Shown: piece after piece, positions 1 through 9,228 of the stretch
Layout: every line of letters starts with the position of its first letter
Position numbering within the stretch: the stretch's first letter is position 1
NCBI GenBank assembly: GCA_030599585.1
Contig: JAUVNS010000033.1
Span: 1 to 19,289 of the forward strand
Reading direction: 5' to 3'
DNA length: 19,289 nt
Origin: Promethearchaeota archaeon
Lineage (GTDB): Archaea; Asgardarchaeota; Lokiarchaeia; Sigyniarchaeales; SOKP01
Position numbers and translations under genes: made by a program
The notes under the pieces: generated by a model
Database searches by the model: none
Seen by the model: the letters and a program-made list of their open reading frames with translations, nothing else
What the model was told of the DNA's origin: nothing

Positions 1-254
1 GATACTTTTTCATAAAAAAAGGTAGCTCCCCATTTTTCAGCTTGTTCCCTCATTTTTTCCGTTAATTCAAGACCGTGGATACTCTCAAATCCCGGATAAT
101 TTTCAATTTTTGGAGCCGTCCCAGCTAGGCCTCCAAATCCTGTACCTTCATAAAGAGCAGTCTTTAAACCCATTCGCCCCCCATAAATTGCAGCGGTTAA
201 TCCCGCGGGGCCGCCACCAATAATTACTAAGTCAAATTCATTTTTATCAGACAA
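1..254 (-). CDS. trxB: Thioredoxin-disulfide reductase, N-terminal 84 aa (gene runs off the left edge)
   Basis: Not in the ORF track; translated by hand from TTG at 254: MSDKNEFDLVIIGGGPAGLTAAIYGGRMGLKTALYEGTGFGGLAGTAPKIENYPGFESIHGLELTEKMREQAEKWG. It shows the GxGPAG FAD motif and the TrxB-typical IENYPG. A GTGGAG SD-like element lies just upstream. The CxxC would lie outside the window. Confidence 0.88.
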   Translation of the reverse strand, partial: MSDKNEFDLVIIGGGPAGLTAAIYGGRMGLKTALYEGTGFGGLAGTAPKIENYPGFESIHGLELTEKMREQAEKWGATFFYEKV

Positions 255-357
255 TTTTAGTCTCCACTATTTTGTAGCTTTATTTACATATAATAAGCTT
301 AATAATAGTTTAAATTTTTTTTTTATAATTTATATGGATTAAATAAACTCTAATTTT

Positions 358-1305
358 TTACTCTTTCTGCAATTGACGAAGATATTTGCAAGCGTTTATC
401 CCAGCACGTGCACCTTCTGCTGCAGCAAAAACTACTTGAAATAGGCCGCCAGTACAATCTCCAGCAGCATAAACTCCTTTGAGATTCGTTTTTTGTTCGT
501 CATCCACTTTAATATTTCTTAGATCGTCTAATTCTACCCCCGCCTTTTTAAAAATTGAATTAGAAGATATGTGTGATATAATAAATAAACAACTTAATTC
601 AAACTCTTTTATTATTTCAACATCTTCTGATTCAGACTTAGTAGATTTACATATAATTTTTTGAATCATACCATCCGAATCTGGAATTGCTTCAATTACT
701 TCCATCTTCTCAATAATTTCAATTCCCGTATCTATAACTTCATTAGCCTTATCAGGTAGTTCTTCAATTCCCACATCAGTAATAACACGAACTATACATC
801 CCATCTGTCTTAGAACCAAAGCATCTTCCATCACTTCATCGTCTTTTCCGTATAAATATACTACTTTATCTTTGTATAACGGTCCATCCCATATTGCGCT
901 GTAGGAAACACCATATCCAAGTAAAATGTCTTCCCCTTTTATAACTTCTTTTCGTTTCCCCGTACCCGTGGCAATAACTACAACATCAGCAGTGATGTTT
1001 GCTGTTCTCGTAGAAATCATATTCGTTCCCATGCCCAGCATTAACTCAATAACATCTCCACTAATTATTTTAACGCTATCGTAGTTTTCAGCGTGTTTCT
1101 TAAATTTTTCAAGAAGTTCTAACCCAGTAACATCCATTTCTCCTAACCAGTTTTGTATTTCTTTCGTTTTTTCTAAAGAAGACGGTTCCTTTCCTTCTAA
1201 AATTATCGTACTTCTATTTGCTCTACCACAATAAACTGCAGCACTTAATCCAGCTGGTCCTGCTCCTATTATTAGAACTTCACACTTATACTCTTGTAAT
1301 TCCAT
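358..1305 (-). CDS. Thioredoxin reductase-like FAD-dependent oxidoreductase with degenerate active site (SxxW instead of CxxC)
   Basis: GAGPAG, IATG and TNLKGVYAAGD FAD motifs. GVSYSAIWDG aligns with canonical GVSYCATCDG. The NADPH motif GGGNSA is replaced by YGKDDEV. Confidence 0.9.
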   Translation of the reverse strand: MELQEYKCEVLIIGAGPAGLSAAVYCGRANRSTIILEGKEPSSLEKTKEIQNWLGEMDVTGLELLEKFKKHAENYDSVKIISGDVIELMLGMGTNMISTRTANITADVVVIATGTGKRKEVIKGEDILLGYGVSYSAIWDGPLYKDKVVYLYGKDDEVMEDALVLRQMGCIVRVITDVGIEELPDKANEVIDTGIEIIEKMEVIEAIPDSDGMIQKIICKSTKSESEDVEIIKEFELSCLFIISHISSNSIFKKAGVELDDLRNIKVDDEQKTNLKGVYAAGDCTGGLFQVVFAAAEGARAGINACKYLRQLQKE

Positions 1306-1504
1306 AAAAAACCCCTTAACACTTTCTGTTTAAGAAAATAAGGTGCTAATAATTATACTAAATGGTTTCTAAATTAAAAATAATTTTATAATTATTTAAG
1401 TTTGATTCAAAAAGATAGGAAATAATTAAATGCTAATATTATATCAGATAATTTGAAATTTATTATTGCTGCTAAATTAAATTTAATCAATTCGATGTAA
1501 ATTC

Positions 1505-1514
1505 AAAAAAAAAA
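1505..1514 (-). terminator. Oligo-T terminator of the thiolase gene
   Basis: T10 run on the minus strand 12 nt after the thiolase stop codon; archaeal-type terminator. Confidence 0.5.
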
Positions 1515-1526
1515 TTGAGATCTTGA

Positions 1527-2816
1527 TTATATATCGAGATTTTCGATAATAGTAGCAACGCCTTGTCCACCTCCGACACAAGCGTTAGCAACTCCATATC
1601 TTGCCTTCTTTTCTTTTAAAATTCTTGCTAAAGTACCCGTTAATCGTATCATAGTCGAACCTAATGGATGACCTATAGCAGTAGACCCGCCCATTATATT
1701 CACTTTTTCTTCAGGGATATTAAATTTATTCATGCAATTTAACGCGACGATGCAAAAAGCTTCGTTTATCTCCCAATAATCGATGTCGTCTGCAGTGAGA
1801 TTCGCCTGTTTTAACGCTTTATGAGTAGCTGGGACTGGACCTCTTCCCATAACAGTAGGGTCTACACCAGCCCAAGCCATTGAAATAATTTTAGCTAAAG
1901 GCTCGATTCCCCTTTTTTTTGCCATTTCTGCTTCCATAAGAACTGCTGCTGTCGCTCCCGCGTTTAATGGAGATGAATTTCCCGCCGTGATGACGCCTTC
2001 TTCCGTCCCTTCTCTCTTTATATACCCTTCTTTTCCCCCATTTTTTTCTAAGAAAAAAGGTTGGGCTATTCGTCGCAGTTTAGACACTGCCTCTAAAGTA
2101 GATTTTCGGGGATTCATATCTCTATCGATTACCAATTTCTCTTCAATATTCCCTGGAGCATGACCTTCAATTCCTATGATTTCACCTTTAAAATACCCAT
2201 TTTCTTGACTTTTGATTGCTAGATTATGACTTCTTACACCAAATTTATCTAAATCTTCTTTTGTAAATGATGGAACTTCTTCTTCATATAATTTCTGAGC
2301 CGTCTGTAGCATATTAAAGGATGTTTGTAAATCTAATTCGGGTCTGTAAAACTTACTTTCCTTATTTTCTGTTGAATAATTACGATCTATCCCAATCCCC
2401 CGAACGCGAGTCATGTGTTCAAACCCCGTGTTTAATACGCAATTACTATTTCCCGTCATGATTTCCATTATTCCCACATGCATCCCTGATCCTGCTGAAG
2501 CGCACTGTCTATCAATAAAAAACGACGGAACTTCATAAGGAAATCCTGCTAAGAATAGAGGACCACGGCCTCCATATGTCCAATTTTCCAATACTCCCGA
2601 AGCAACTCCTATTGATACTTCCTCTATGTCTTTTTTCTCTATTCCTTTTTCTGCTAATTTACCATCAAAAAATTTCATTAGTAATTCAGCAAGGAGTTCA
2701 TCTCCTCTAATCTCACCAAAAACATCCCTCTCAGGTTGAGTTGGTCTTGAACGAGAAAATGCAGTACGAGCATAATCAATTAACCAGACTTCTTTCAATA
2801 CTAGTTCGCCTATCAT
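1527..2816 (-). CDS. Acetyl-CoA C-acyltransferase (thiolase)
   Basis: Intact thiolase motifs: DRQCAS (nucleophile Cys), NEAF, GHPLG and CVGGGQG. The start could alternatively be the TTG a few codons downstream. Confidence 0.95.
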   Translation of the reverse strand: MIGELVLKEVWLIDYARTAFSRSRPTQPERDVFGEIRGDELLAELLMKFFDGKLAEKGIEKKDIEEVSIGVASGVLENWTYGGRGPLFLAGFPYEVPSFFIDRQCASAGSGMHVGIMEIMTGNSNCVLNTGFEHMTRVRGIGIDRNYSTENKESKFYRPELDLQTSFNMLQTAQKLYEEEVPSFTKEDLDKFGVRSHNLAIKSQENGYFKGEIIGIEGHAPGNIEEKLVIDRDMNPRKSTLEAVSKLRRIAQPFFLEKNGGKEGYIKREGTEEGVITAGNSSPLNAGATAAVLMEAEMAKKRGIEPLAKIISMAWAGVDPTVMGRGPVPATHKALKQANLTADDIDYWEINEAFCIVALNCMNKFNIPEEKVNIMGGSTAIGHPLGSTMIRLTGTLARILKEKKARYGVANACVGGGQGVATIIENLDI

Positions 2817-2846
2817 TTTAGATTTTAATTAATTTGAAGTAAAATG

Positions 2847-3326
2847 TTATATCGTTTTAGATATATAATAAGGTGTTTTTTTAACTTCTTTCTTTTTATA
2901 ATGGTTCCCAAATAGATATCCTAATATTACCCCAACTATCGCATACATTATTCCGTAATTCATTAATAAGAATAATAGATATTGTAAAAGGAGAAGAACA
3001 TCAGCTCCATATACTGGTATAAAATAAATAATCCAATCAACGAAACCTATTAATAATAATGATAAAATTGAACTTACCAATCCAACAATTACGCCTGTTT
3101 TAATGTGCGATTGGTATTCATTTCTATATTTAAATGTGAAAAAGAGTCCAATACAGCTTCCTATAACTAAAATTATATCACCTATAAAGAAAAATCCCGT
3201 GGGGAGAATCAAGAACAAAACATTAGTTATTAAGACACTTAATAAAACTCCAATTAGCATATTATATCTTTGGGCAAATCCAGAATCAGTCTCAGCAACC
3301 ATGCACTTTTTCACCAAGTTTTTCAA
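2847..3326 (-). CDS. Hypothetical integral membrane protein (about 4 TM helices), probably co-transcribed with the thiolase
   Basis: 159 aa with four hydrophobic Gly-containing stretches and a basic C-terminal tail; 30 nt gap to the thiolase. Start uncertain (TTG or an internal ATG). Confidence 0.75.
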   Translation of the reverse strand: MKNLVKKCMVAETDSGFAQRYNMLIGVLLSVLITNVLFLILPTGFFFIGDIILVIGSCIGLFFTFKYRNEYQSHIKTGVIVGLVSSILSLLLIGFVDWIIYFIPVYGADVLLLLQYLLFLLMNYGIMYAIVGVILGYLFGNHYKKKEVKKTPYYISKTI

Positions 3327-3605
3327 ATAGTATTGATCTTAATTGTCTTTTACATAAAGAGTTTTTTGAATAAGACTTAAGAAAATTTTTTAGTGTTAAA
3401 TATTATTGAGGGTTCATATTTATTATTAGAACTAAAACCATCAGCTTCTGTGTTATAAATATATTTTTGTTTTCATTCATCATTTTATAATCGTTAAACA
3501 GCAATTTTATAATTTTTCATAACCCTATTAATTAAGGAAAAGTAGTAATTTAACTGAAGAAGAAATATTAAAAAAACTATTTAGATAAAACTAATTGAAT
3601 ATAAA

Positions 3606-4559
3606 GTGAAATTAAAAATGGGAATGTTAAGTGGAAAAGTCGCTATAATAACCGGTGCTGGTCGTGGTGTTGGTCGAGAAGAAGCTTTAGCTATGGCTAA
3701 AGAGGGTTGTAATTTGATCGTAAATGATCTCGGAGCGGGAGCCGCTGATTTAGATGAAGAGATGAAAATTGCTGATGAGGTTGTCGAAGAATGTAAAAAG
3801 ATAGGAGTAAAAGCGATTGCAAATTACGATTCTGTGGTCGATTACAACAAAACAAAAAGTATGATAGACCAGGCGATCTCAGTATTTGGCAAATTAAATA
3901 TTGTCGTGAATAACGCAGGGATTTTACGCGATAGAATGATTTTTAACATGACGGAAGCTGAATTTGACGATGTTATCGCAGTTCATTTAAAAGGAACCTT
4001 TAACTTAACCCGACATGCGGCAGTTTATTTTAGAAAAATGGGAAAAGAAAATCCTAATTTAAAGAATTTTGGTAGAATTATTAACACAGCATCCGACTCT
4101 GGATTGTATGGGAATGTAGGGCAATCAAACTATGGTGCTGCTAAATCGGGTATTGCTACTTTCTCAGTAATCGTAGCTCGTGAATTAGTTAAATATGCTA
4201 CTGTAAATTGTGTCGTTCCAAGCGCTAGAACTCGTATGACTACTGATTTAGCTCCAAATTTAGCTGAAAAGATGAAATCTCAAACTAAAAAAGGTTTTGA
4301 TGTTTTTAATCCGTCTCATTTCGCTCCTTTAGTCGTATACCTTGCATCCGATGCCGCTAAAAAAATTAACGGAGAAGTTTTTAAAGCTATAGGTGACAAG
4401 GTTTGGGTTTATCGTGGATGGCGCGCTGTTAAAATGATAAATAACAATGGAATTCCTTTTACACCTCAAGAATTGGACGATCGAGTTAAATCAGAACTAA
4501 TGAAAGATTTACCCTCTAAAATCGAGGGTGCTGTATCTCATGACACCTTACTAAGTTAA
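3606..4559 (+). CDS. Short-chain dehydrogenase/reductase, MFE-2/HSD17B4-like 3-hydroxyacyl-CoA dehydrogenase subtype
   Basis: TGAGRGVG, IVNDLG, NNAGILRDRM, VHLKG and GNVGQSNYGAAK (YxxxK), all typical of the MFE-2 N-domain-like SDRs. The start may be the ATG at 3618. Confidence 0.92.
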   Translation: MKLKMGMLSGKVAIITGAGRGVGREEALAMAKEGCNLIVNDLGAGAADLDEEMKIADEVVEECKKIGVKAIANYDSVVDYNKTKSMIDQAISVFGKLNIVVNNAGILRDRMIFNMTEAEFDDVIAVHLKGTFNLTRHAAVYFRKMGKENPNLKNFGRIINTASDSGLYGNVGQSNYGAAKSGIATFSVIVARELVKYATVNCVVPSARTRMTTDLAPNLAEKMKSQTKKGFDVFNPSHFAPLVVYLASDAAKKINGEVFKAIGDKVWVYRGWRAVKMINNNGIPFTPQELDDRVKSELMKDLPSKIEGAVSHDTLLS

Positions 4560-4668
4560 TATTTTAAAATTTGATAAAATATTATTAACATTTCGAAATA
4601 ACATTTAATAAAATTAAATTAGCTCGAATAATTTTTTTATTTAAAATTAAGTTTAAAATCAATGTATT

Positions 4669-5628
4669 ATGGCAGAATCTAAAGCCCTAATTTTCCAGAT
4701 TCAAAAAATGTCCACTGAAGATGGACCCGGAATTAGAACAACGGTTTTTTTTAAACAGTGTCCTTTAAAATGTATTTGGTGCCATAATCCCGAATCTATT
4801 CTAAAAAAAAAGCAATTAGAGTGGTTCAAACATAAATGTATAGGTTGTAAGATCTGCATTGAAACATGTCAGAAGGGAGCATTAACCCTCGATGAGGATG
4901 GGATGCATATCGACAGAGATAAATGTGATAGTTGTGGATTGTGCTCAGAAGAATGTCCTAGTACTGCTTTACATATGTTTGGCGAATTATGGGAGTTAGA
5001 GGATTTGTATTACGAAATTCAAAAAGATAAAGTCTACTACACCCAATCTCATGGAGGTATTACAGTTTCAGGAGGCGAACCTACGCTCCAATCTGATTTT
5101 TTATTAGATTTTTTGAAGAAATGTAAAGAAAATGGAATTTCAACAGCGTTAGACACGTGTGGATACGCTTCCAAGAATATTTATAATAAAATTTTGCCCT
5201 TAATTGACTTAATACTTCTCGATATTAAAGAAATTAATTCCGAAAAGCATGAAAAATACACAGGAGTTCCAAATACCCTTATTTTAGAAAATGCAATCTG
5301 GATTTCGAAGTATGTTAAAAAAAATAATAAGAAACTTTGGATTCGAACTCCAATTATCCCAAATTATACTGCTACAGCGGAAAATATAAATGGAATTGGA
5401 GACTTTATTGTTAACAAATTACACAACATTCCAGAAAGATGGGACTTGCTGTCGTTCAATAACTTATGCACGGCGAAATATGAAAGATTAGACATTGAGT
5501 GGTCTCTGAAAGACTTCCCTCTAATTTCTTCAGATGAAATGGACAAACTTATTGAAGTTGGTAAGAAATTAGGCGTTAAGAATGTTCAATGGTCAGGTCT
5601 AACTAGGAAACAAGATTTGGAGAAATAA
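4669..5628 (+). CDS. Glycyl-radical enzyme activating protein (radical SAM, with 2x[4Fe-4S] ferredoxin insert)
   Basis: DGPGIRTTVF, CPLKCIWCHNPE (CxxxCxxC), ferredoxin motifs CIGCKICIETC and CDSCGLCSEEC, GGITVSGGEP, DTCG. Confidence 0.96.
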   Translation: MAESKALIFQIQKMSTEDGPGIRTTVFFKQCPLKCIWCHNPESILKKKQLEWFKHKCIGCKICIETCQKGALTLDEDGMHIDRDKCDSCGLCSEECPSTALHMFGELWELEDLYYEIQKDKVYYTQSHGGITVSGGEPTLQSDFLLDFLKKCKENGISTALDTCGYASKNIYNKILPLIDLILLDIKEINSEKHEKYTGVPNTLILENAIWISKYVKKNNKKLWIRTPIIPNYTATAENINGIGDFIVNKLHNIPERWDLLSFNNLCTAKYERLDIEWSLKDFPLISSDEMDKLIEVGKKLGVKNVQWSGLTRKQDLEK

Positions 5629-5702
5629 TTTTAAATTTTATATTTTAATCTGCTTTATTTTAAATAGATTAAATTATTAAGTTAATTTTGAGTTGTTATT
5701 TT

Positions 5703-5707
5703 GGTGA
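5703..5707 (+). promoter_or_regulatory. Shine-Dalgarno (GGTGA) for the glycyl radical enzyme
   Basis: GGTGA 8 nt upstream of ATG 5716; archaeal-type SD. Confidence 0.6.
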
Positions 5708-5715
5708 TCTAAAAA

Positions 5716-8220
5716 ATGAGTAAGAGTAATGAAATTGATGCTAAGGAAAAAGGAGCAACAAAATTTCCTATTGCTGAGCCTCACGATCTTTCCCCTCGTT
5801 CTAAATGGCTTAGAGATTATTATTTCAAGGGTTTAGCGCGAGAATGGAACAATCAAATAGTATCATTTACAACAGGAACTGATTGGGATATTGTTTTTCA
5901 TGAGGGAGATTATTATATTAATCCTGAAGCACATTATTATATTCAGATACTCGGAAAAAATGATCGAGGTGCATTTGCTTCATCTTTTAGATCAATGGCT
6001 ATAGCAGTCGAATTAATAAAAAATTTTTGGGAGTTATCTTTACCAGAACGTAGAGTAACCTTTCTGGAAAAGGTTATGCTTGACTATATTCCTCAAGAAA
6101 TTATTTCTGAAAATGATTTAATCGCAGGTGGGAGATTTAATACGCAATTAAGCAAATGTTTTAATAAGGAAGAAGCGAAAGAATATTGGAAAAGGAATAT
6201 AGGAAATCGAGAAGCTGTATTTAAATATCACAAATCTGGTTTCGGAAATTTAGGAGCAACACCAGGTCATATTATACCTGATTATGAAACTGTTGTTAAA
6301 AAAGGATTTAAATATATCTATGAGAAAGCTAAGAAGACATACGATAACCTTACCAACGAGGAAAAAAATGGACCAAAAGGAGAAGAACTTAGGGCTATTA
6401 TGATCTCAACGGAAATTCCAAAGAAATTAGCAAAAAAGTACGCTGAAGAATGTCGAAGATTAAAAGATGAGGCTACTACGCCTGAAAGCGTTGAAAAACT
6501 TGAGCAAATGGCAAATAATTTAGAAAGAGTGCCATGGGAACCTGCTGAGACCTTTTGGCAAGGCGTTCAAGCAGTTTGGCTCACCCACATGTTAGTAATG
6601 GCTGAAGAATCATACCCCGGAGCAGGCCTCTCTTTTGGAAGAATTGATCAATACCTATGGGATTTGTATAAAAAGGATGTTATTGAGCAAGAACTATTCA
6701 CAAAAGAATTTGCAAAAGATATTTTAGGCAGTTTCTGGTTTCATTGTAATACTGTGTATGATGCAATGATTAATGTTGGTAATCAGGGAATATTATCAGG
6801 ATTCGGTCAGATTATAACACTTTCTGGATGTGGTCCAAATGGAGAGGATTTAACAAATGAACTTACATACACTATCCTTGAAGTCATAGATTCATGGTAT
6901 CCAAGTCTTGAGCCTAAACCTAACGTAAGAATTCATAGAAATTCTCCAGATAAACTTTTGGATATATTAGTAAATATGATTGCAAGATCTCAAGGCGCTC
7001 CTTTCATTCTAAATTTTGACGAGAGAAGCATTGCTGGAATGGTTAAAGAAGGTATACCTGAAGAAGAAGCTTGGAATTATGGAGTAGTAGGTTGCCTAGA
7101 AAATACAATGCAAGGTAACGATAGAAGTGGAACTGTGAATTGTAATCTTAATTTAACTAAATCTATAGAATTAACACTATGGAATGGCAAAAATATGCCT
7201 GGAAATGATATAGCTACTAAATCTGGCGAAGATATCGGACCAGCAACAGGAGATACTGAAAACTTTCAAACATGGGAAGAGTTTTATAACGCTTGGAAAG
7301 AACAAATTAAATTTATGATTAAATATACTGTGGATGTAAATAATTTATGCGAAGAACTTCGAGGTGATTTTATTCGCACTCCATACTTGTCATCGATTGT
7401 TCGAGGATGTATAGAGCAAGGTTTAGATATTACAAATGGAGGTCCTGAATTAAGATTCGTAACGGTTGAAGGAGTGGGATTTGCTACAACAGTAGATTCA
7501 TTACTATCAATTAAGAAGCTTGTATATGAGGATAAGAAATATACAATGGCACAAATAAAAGATTCCATAATGAACGACTTCAAAAGAAACGAAGTAATGC
7601 AAGCTTATTTAATGAATAAAGCTCCTAAATATGGGAACGATGAAGATGATGCTGATGAATTTTCTAAAATGGTAATGGAAACATGGGCTGAAGAATGTTG
7701 GAGATATAAAACACCAACTAACTTTCAATATCGTCCGGGAATGTTATCATGGAACTATTGGGCTGGAGCAGATGCTGGTTTTACAATAGCAACACCAAAT
7801 GGACGGAATAAGGGATCATTTCTATCAAATGCAATCTGTCCCACCAATGGAGTAGATATAAAAGGACCTACAGCAGTTACTAATTCTGTTGGGAAAGTAT
7901 TAGGAGGAAAAACTGAATCTGGAGAATACATTAATTGTTTACCCAATGGAGCAAGCCATACAATTACCTTTAATCCATCTATAATTAAAGATCCAGAGCA
8001 TAAAGAGAAATTTAAAGCTTATTTAAGAGGTTATATAGAAAACGGAGGTACTGCCCTACAAATCAATATGCTCGATGGTGAAATGCTAAAAGATGCTCAA
8101 AAACATCCCGAAAATTATAAAAATCTTTTAGTAAGAATAACAGGCTATAACGCATACTTCACCACCATTGGTAGAGAATTACAGGATGAGATAATCGCAA
8201 GAGAATCTCATAGAATCTAG
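5716..8220 (+). CDS. Glycyl radical enzyme (PFL2/eliminase-like family), substrate unknown
   Basis: SFGRIDQYL, thiyl loop VGCLE (C460), APKYGND, ATPNGR, glycyl loop LLVRITGYNAYF (G810). It has a single Cys, so it is not a true PFL (which has CC). Confidence 0.95.
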   Translation: MSKSNEIDAKEKGATKFPIAEPHDLSPRSKWLRDYYFKGLAREWNNQIVSFTTGTDWDIVFHEGDYYINPEAHYYIQILGKNDRGAFASSFRSMAIAVELIKNFWELSLPERRVTFLEKVMLDYIPQEIISENDLIAGGRFNTQLSKCFNKEEAKEYWKRNIGNREAVFKYHKSGFGNLGATPGHIIPDYETVVKKGFKYIYEKAKKTYDNLTNEEKNGPKGEELRAIMISTEIPKKLAKKYAEECRRLKDEATTPESVEKLEQMANNLERVPWEPAETFWQGVQAVWLTHMLVMAEESYPGAGLSFGRIDQYLWDLYKKDVIEQELFTKEFAKDILGSFWFHCNTVYDAMINVGNQGILSGFGQIITLSGCGPNGEDLTNELTYTILEVIDSWYPSLEPKPNVRIHRNSPDKLLDILVNMIARSQGAPFILNFDERSIAGMVKEGIPEEEAWNYGVVGCLENTMQGNDRSGTVNCNLNLTKSIELTLWNGKNMPGNDIATKSGEDIGPATGDTENFQTWEEFYNAWKEQIKFMIKYTVDVNNLCEELRGDFIRTPYLSSIVRGCIEQGLDITNGGPELRFVTVEGVGFATTVDSLLSIKKLVYEDKKYTMAQIKDSIMNDFKRNEVMQAYLMNKAPKYGNDEDDADEFSKMVMETWAEECWRYKTPTNFQYRPGMLSWNYWAGADAGFTIATPNGRNKGSFLSNAICPTNGVDIKGPTAVTNSVGKVLGGKTESGEYINCLPNGASHTITFNPSIIKDPEHKEKFKAYLRGYIENGGTALQINMLDGEMLKDAQKHPENYKNLLVRITGYNAYFTTIGRELQDEIIARESHRI

Positions 8221-8349
8221 AAATTTATATTTATTAACCAATTATTATTAAAACCAAAATAAAATACCATAAGAAGTAAAAAATCAACAACACCATCTTG
8301 TTAATAATTTCCATTAAAAAATTATATACTATAAAATGCGTGATAAAAT

Positions 8350-9228
8350 ATGAGTGAAGATAATACTAAATTTGGGTGGAATTCTGAATTTTCAGATGAT
8401 CTTATTGAATTTACTCAACCAGACATAATGGTGAAATTAGTTTCTACAATAGATTCAAGAGGTTGGCCCCATCTTACAATAATTACATCAAATCGGGCGA
8501 AAAAAAAAGATCAAATAGTATGGGGGCAATTTTTTGCAGGCACGAGTAAAGAATATGTCCAAAAAGATCCAAAACAAGGAATTTTTTATATGACTGCAGA
8601 AGCTCCATTTAAGTTCATCCAAGTTAAAGCTGATTTTACTCACACTGAAAACGAAGGAGAAGACCTTGAATATTTCAATCAATCAGCTTTTTTTAGATAT
8701 TTCACGTATATTAACGTTTATAAAGTTTTTTATAACCATGTTGTTGGTGTAACTCCTATTAGAGATTTACCACCTGGTAACATCCCAAGAAAAATTGTTA
8801 AAGCTATTACTAAAGAAGCAGCAACTAATCTAGAGCAAAGGATGTTAAATGTAATAGGATATAAACTATTTACAAATAAAATAGGTGTTAGAGCAATTGC
8901 ATATATCGATCCTTCCGATGGATATCCTATAATTATTCCACATCTTCAACTAAATGCTGTTGATCATAATAGACTCTATTTTCCATTGACGGCATTAAAA
9001 GAAGATTTTCTTCAGATTCCTGTAAATTCTAAAGTTGCTGTAATTGGTGCTAATTTCGATATGGCAAGCCAAGTAGTGAAAGGAACATTTACGGGGATTC
9101 AAAAATTCGAAGAAACTGAATATGGTTTAATCGATATTGAAGAAATATATAATAGTTCTCCCCCAATAATAGGAAAAATTTACCCCAAAATTGAATCCGT
9201 TCCTAAGGTTACTGACTTTCACTTGTAA
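8350..9228 (+). CDS. Tandem-domain pyridoxamine 5'-phosphate oxidase-like (split beta-barrel, FMN/F420-binding) protein
   Basis: Two copies of the PNPOx-like start motif: KLVSTIDSRGWPHLT and RAIAYIDPSDGYPIII. Each is followed by a QVK(A/G)xFT strand (QVKADFT / QVVKGTFT) and a late (V/I)F/YN motif. Confidence 0.7.
   Translation: MSEDNTKFGWNSEFSDDLIEFTQPDIMVKLVSTIDSRGWPHLTIITSNRAKKKDQIVWGQFFAGTSKEYVQKDPKQGIFYMTAEAPFKFIQVKADFTHTENEGEDLEYFNQSAFFRYFTYINVYKVFYNHVVGVTPIRDLPPGNIPRKIVKAITKEAATNLEQRMLNVIGYKLFTNKIGVRAIAYIDPSDGYPIIIPHLQLNAVDHNRLYFPLTALKEDFLQIPVNSKVAVIGANFDMASQVVKGTFTGIQKFEETEYGLIDIEEIYNSSPPIIGKIYPKIESVPKVTDFHL

Noticed and set aside
889-900. Selenocysteine explanation for the altered TrxR active site
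   Set aside because: The codon is TGG, not TGA. No supported gene in the window contains or ends in an in-frame TGA, and no SECIS-like hairpin was recognised.
1344-1480. Three TGCTAA(T/A) copies upstream of the TrxR-like gene
   Set aside because: Short, irregularly spaced and in very AT-rich DNA; cannot be supported as operator sites.
5644-5673. TTTAATCT...AGATTAAA inverted repeat between activase and GRE
   Set aside because: Only 8 bp and nearly all AT; expected by chance at this composition.
5716-8220. Annotation as pyruvate formate-lyase, choline TMA-lyase or alkyl/benzylsuccinate synthase
   Set aside because: No CC pair, no GCVEP motif, no microcompartment genes and no small subunit genes nearby.
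8218-8262. TAG stop of the GRE as possible pyrrolysine readthrough
   Set aside because: The protein ends at the normal GRE C-terminus (EIIARESHRI), and the extension is short AT-rich low-complexity sequence.
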